Assembly: GCF_041146345.1 (NCBI RefSeq)
Contig: NW_027191414.1
Coordinates: forward strand, 1,240,001 to 1,304,000
Source: Neodothiora populina
Taxonomy: Eukaryota
DNA: 64,000 nt
Reading direction: 5' to 3'
Position 1 is the first letter of the stretch. Every line of letters begins with the position of its first letter. This document shows positions 59,738 through 64,000 of the stretch, one piece after another. The translations under genes and the position numbers were made by a program. The notes beneath the pieces were generated by a model. The model did not search any database and was not told the origin of the DNA. It saw only the letters and a program-made list of their open reading frames with translations.

Positions 59738-61422
59738 ATGGGCGAGGTCACTCGGGAAAAGCCTCTCCATGAGGTGACCACCAGTCACTCTGTTGGCGAT
59801 GGCCAGACGGAGACCGTTCACCCTACCGGGTGGAAATACAAGCAACCCAAGATCGGCCCACTCAAGTTGCCTTGGTATGCTTCTCCGATGTCACAACTTG
59901 TGCTCGTAGCCTTTGTCTGTTTCCTCTGCCCTGGCATGTTCAATGCGTTGAGCGGTATGGGAGGTGGCGGTCAAGTCGACCCCTCGGCAGCGGACAAGGC
60001 CAACGTCGCTCTATACTCGACCTTCGCTGTAGTTGGTGAGTAGATCCTGCCTAAATATCATGCGACATCCATCCGCCCTAGTCCACCTTTACTTATAGAT
60101 TTATGAACAGGTTTCTTTGCCGGTACCGTTGTTAATGCCGTAGGCGTCAAGGCCGCCCTCTCTTTCGGAGGTATCGGCTACTGCGTTTACGTGGCGTCGT
60201 TCCTTTGCTACAATCACACACAGAACAACGGCTTCAACATTTTTGCTGGCGCCCTTCTGGGTGCTTGCGCTGGATGTCTATGGTCGGCCCAGGGAGTCAT
60301 CATGATGTCCTACCCTGGTGAGGCTAACAAGGGTCGCTATATCTCTTTGTTCTGGATGATCTTCAACCTTGGTTCTGTCATTGGCAGTTTGGTATGTCAC
60401 CTTCATCCACATGTTCATCTCTCCTATCGTACTGACGAACGAGAAAGATTCCTTTGGGACAGAACATCCACGTCACAGAAAAATCCACCGTGTCTGACGG
60501 CACCTACATTGGCTTCCTTGTACTTACATTCCTTGGTGCATGCCTCGCCTGGACATTAGTAGATGCCAAGCAAGTGCTCCGTCCGGATGGAACCAAGGTT
60601 GTTCTCATGAAGAACCCTACCTGGAAATCAGAGCTTCTTGGTCTTTACGAGACCCTCCGTGACGACCCTTGGGTCCTCCTTCTCTTCCCAATGTTCTTCT
60701 CATCCAACTGGTTCTACACCTACCACTTCAACGAGGTCAACTCTGCATACTTCAACACTCGCACACGAGCACTAAACGGTGTTCTCTACTGGGCTGCTCA
60801 GATCGTTGGCGCTGGCGTCTTCGGTCTCTGTCTCGATCTACCATTCCGTCGTACTTTGCGCGCACGGGGTGGCTGGATCGTCCTCTTCATCCTCACCATG
60901 GTCATCTGGGGCGGTGGATACGACTTCCAGAAAGGATACACTCGTGCAGACACCAGCTCCAAGTCCTTCCACGGAAAGGATTGGGCTGACGCGGGATATG
61001 TTGGTCCCATGTTCCTATACCTTTTCTATGGATTCTACGATGCTGCTTGGCAAACCTGTGTCTACTGGTTCATGGGCGCCCTCACCAACAACGGCCGCAA
61101 GCTGGCTAATTACGCTGGATTCTACAAAGGCATTCAATCCGTCGGCGCGGCTATCGTCTGGCGTCTTGATGATCTCGGAGTCCCATATATGAACATGTTT
61201 GCTTCGTGCTGGGGACTCCTTACAGCCTCCCTTCTCATCGCCCTGCCTCTCATCATTGTCCGTGTCACGGATCACGTTGAGGTCGAGGAAGACTTGAAGT
61301 TCAGCGACGAAGCCATCACAGATGTTGTCGTGGCGCCCGGTGTTGTCGCTGCTCACGACCTCGAAGCCCACCGTCACAGGCCTGAATATACCCAGGAGGA
61401 TGTCGAGAAACCGGCCATTTGA
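59738..61422 (+). CDS. NGT1: UNC-93-like MFS transporter, probable N-acetylglucosamine transporter, 3 exons
   Basis: QLVLVAFVCFLCPGMFNALSGMGGGG, LWSAQG.IMMSYP, FFSSNWFYTY, AGFYKGIQS; lies between the deaminase and hexokinase genes. Confidence 0.85.
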
Positions 61423-62794
61423 TTTGGAGGTAGATGATATATGGCTGTATGTCCAAGCCATCTAACTGTTTACGTTTTTGCAGCGCATTGTATGCTTTCG
61501 GAGAACGGAAAGGGAACGAGTAGTGTATAGGGGACAGTCAAAGGGCGTAGAACGCTTCTTGCACAGATGGATGATGACTGAAATCCCTTTCTATCGCCTT
61601 TGGAAATGACGGGTATGATCTTTTAATTGAGAACAGGATGGATGAACTGATACCCTATTTGGACGGCTGATAGAATCAGCGGGTATCACAATTTAGTCTG
61701 GAGAATGCAATGTTTTCGATGTCAATATTTACTCGGATCGTGATTTGATCTGTCCCAAACGTTATACCGATTGTGAGTAGTGCTCCTGGACAATCGTGAA
61801 TCCCAGCGGCTATCTGTGAAATTCACGTGGCGTCTGCTTTAGTGCACAGGTATCAAAGTCTTTTGCTCCATAGCGGATGCATGGGAAGGCCTTGATCGAG
61901 GCTCGAGCGGAGCATTCTATAAGAGTTTAGGTCCGTAATCCAGACGTCCACTCAGAGTCGGATCACTGTAATCATGTACAATAGCTTATCTTGAGGCTCG
62001 AAGCGATGGGGAAGAAAAATGATAGCGATTGGAAGAAGCTGGGGCCGCTATCGGGGACTAAACCTTTCCAGATGCATCGTGATTGCTCGGCGCAATACAT
62101 TTTGGAGGACGATTGGGGCGCGGAAGCTTGCACCGGGCCCGGGTCAACACAAGTTGATGAACCTCGGCGATGTAACATCGGTTTGTGTTTACCTTGCGAT
62201 TGCGTATGCCGGCGGTTTAGCCGTCATCCATACACGTACTGGTAATCCCGTCGTGGAGCTCTCCGGTGAAGGCGAGAGAGAGAGAACAGCGCTTTGTGCT
62301 TGACTATCGAGGCTTTATCACTGTTCATTCAGCCCTTGATATGCCGAATATTGCATCCAGCAGCCAATGACCGTTGTGTAACTTGTCATCAGTAAGCTAA
62401 GAAGAAGGCATCTAAGTCTTGCGGCGTGCCGCGTTGGATTGTAACCTACCGTATCGAAGAAACGCGCCGCTACCGGATAACAATCACGTCCACCCGCACA
62501 GGCTTGCTTCACCGGTGGAACCTCGATTTCTGTTACGACACCACCTCGCAAGGAAGCCCTTTTTGCAGACACTTCGACTCGTCTCTGACGGTCGGCAGAC
62601 GGGAGCAGTCGGCCGAGTCTTTCTTCTAGCACCATCTTGATCCTCCGTCTGCTTTTTACCCCAGTGATATGACATGTCACATCTGAGACGGATGGAACGG
62701 TGCTGGCCCGCAATATACTCCACATGGTATTGATTCAATTGTAACCTTTTGGCATTACCACTACTGCTGCTACCATCGCCGCTCCTTTTCTGGG

Positions 62795-62830
<36 letters not shown>
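62795..62830. repeat. (CTA)12 microsatellite
   Basis: Perfect trinucleotide run upstream of the hexokinase gene. Confidence 0.95.
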
Positions 62831-62831
<1 letters not shown>

Positions 62832-63424
62832 CACTGCTACGATTGCTACCCTTTCCGGCCAATAACGCAATACCACAATTGCTGGCGTATATGCTACCTG
62901 ATACATGTTACTCTATCGCTGACCCAGCATTGTCCAACCTCGCCTATCATACTGTTCAAATCAGCAACTCAGAAGAATAATACAATATGCTTGTATAGCT
63001 AATCGGTCAGACTAGATGCTTGAGATCTTCTCATCCATCTGCATTCAGTCATAATCGATAGGTGTAGCCAGCTTCTGCTTTGTGATCTCACTCTTATCAA
63101 GGACCAAAGGTCTATTCACTTTTCATCAACGCCTTTAGCTGTTTATTGCTGTCATATTCCTTGCTTAATCACGTTGCGTGGACGGATTTGACTATTTCTG
63201 ATCAAGCTTTGGTTTATTGATGCCTGACGGCACTTCTTTCCTACCATAATTTCTGAATATCCTCATTTTGCACCTCTACCGCGATCATCTGCGATTAGAG
63301 ACGGGAGCTAAGAAGAGAAGAAAGATCCCCTCATACACGGATGACATCTCTGACGGGGCAAACCCTCGCTATTGTCACCCACTTACTCAGACGCCTACGA
63401 AGAATCAATTCTTCACTGGTTGCA

Positions 63425-64000
63425 ATGCTGGCCTCACTGCTCCACGTCAGTCAACCACACACCCGTCCTCACGCACACTCTGCGCACTCGCAGCCGGCGA
63501 AGAATGCGGTCGATGTACAAGTACGATCTATAGACGAGCCAATGCCTCCAGATCGAGACGGCACAGCGGAAGCCATGGAAGTATTTCTTGCCGAGGTGAA
63601 GGATTTGTTTGAGGCACCGCTACACGATAAGAGCTTGCACGCCATATCACGGCAACTGCAGAAAGAGTTCCAGGATAAATTACGGGCGAGCAATGTGTGC
63701 ATGTTACCGTCGTTCAATCATACACTTCCCACCGGCAAGGAGACTGGGACAATCCTCGCTCTCGATGTGGGTGGATCGACGTTTCGTCTTGCTCTTGTCG
63801 AGTTGACGGGCAGGCAACCATTGCAAGGAGAATGTACGGGAGACGGAGATATGGAGATTAAGCAAATGAAGTCATTTCCGATCGACGAGAGCGTTCGCTC
63901 GCTGCAGGGTCGTTTGTTCTTCGACTGGATGGCTTGCAGGGTGGAGGAAGTGCTCGAGGCGGACCAGCATCGGGCCGACAGCAAGGCGGAAGGTGCGCTC
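63425..64000 (+). CDS. Hexokinase-family protein, probable GlcNAc kinase (3' truncated by window; absent from ORF track)
   Basis: Open frame from ATG 63425: ...SNVCMLPSFNHTLPTGKETGTILALDVGGSTFRLALVEL...FFDWMA; clustered with NAG1 and NGT1. Confidence 0.88.
   Translation, partial: MLASLLHVSQPHTRPHAHSAHSQPAKNAVDVQVRSIDEPMPPDRDGTAEAMEVFLAEVKDLFEAPLHDKSLHAISRQLQKEFQDKLRASNVCMLPSFNHTLPTGKETGTILALDVGGSTFRLALVELTGRQPLQGECTGDGDMEIKQMKSFPIDESVRSLQGRLFFDWMACRVEEVLEADQHRADSKAEGAL

Noticed and set aside
62484..62906. 140-aa ORF with a poly-Val run
   Set aside because: The run is the translation of the (CTA)12 microsatellite.
1..64000. Transposons, RIP-degraded AT-rich blocks, CRISPR arrays, rRNA
   Set aside because: No transposase, RT or integrase motifs, LTRs, AT-rich blocks, repeat-spacer arrays or rRNA-like sequence seen by eye.

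Overview
Gene-dense fungal genomic DNA: short GT-AG introns with CTRAC branch sites and Zn2Cys6 regulators indicate a filamentous ascomycete. The species cannot be fixed from sequence alone. The window has four parts. (1) Housekeeping block at 0.9-10.6 kb: GDT1, kelch protein, intron-containing tRNA-Thr(UGU), SDR, NC2-beta, DID2. (2) Accessory-looking stretch at about 11-49.4 kb: an orphan with an internal duplication, a patatin phospholipase beside a probably decayed gene, two secreted proteins, a three-gene unit (A-T-TE NRPS-like enzyme, ketopantoate-reductase-family enzyme, Zn2Cys6 TF), a GT71 mannosyltransferase, a DHA1 transporter/TF pair and an FDC1-PAD1-TF cluster. (3) Second housekeeping block: BPL1, COA4, MGM101, REEP/YOP1-like. 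(4) Start of a GlcNAc catabolism cluster: glucosamine-6-P deaminase, NGT1-like transporter and a hexokinase cut by the window edge. The best novelty candidate is the NRPS-like enzyme. Its thioesterase has Cys instead of Ser at the nucleophile position (GLCFGG), and it lies head-to-head with a 2-keto-acid reductase. Also notable are a long, highly self-complementary intron in the deaminase gene, a presequence-like extension on Fdc1 and a perfect 24-bp intergenic hairpin. All exon structures were inferred by eye.
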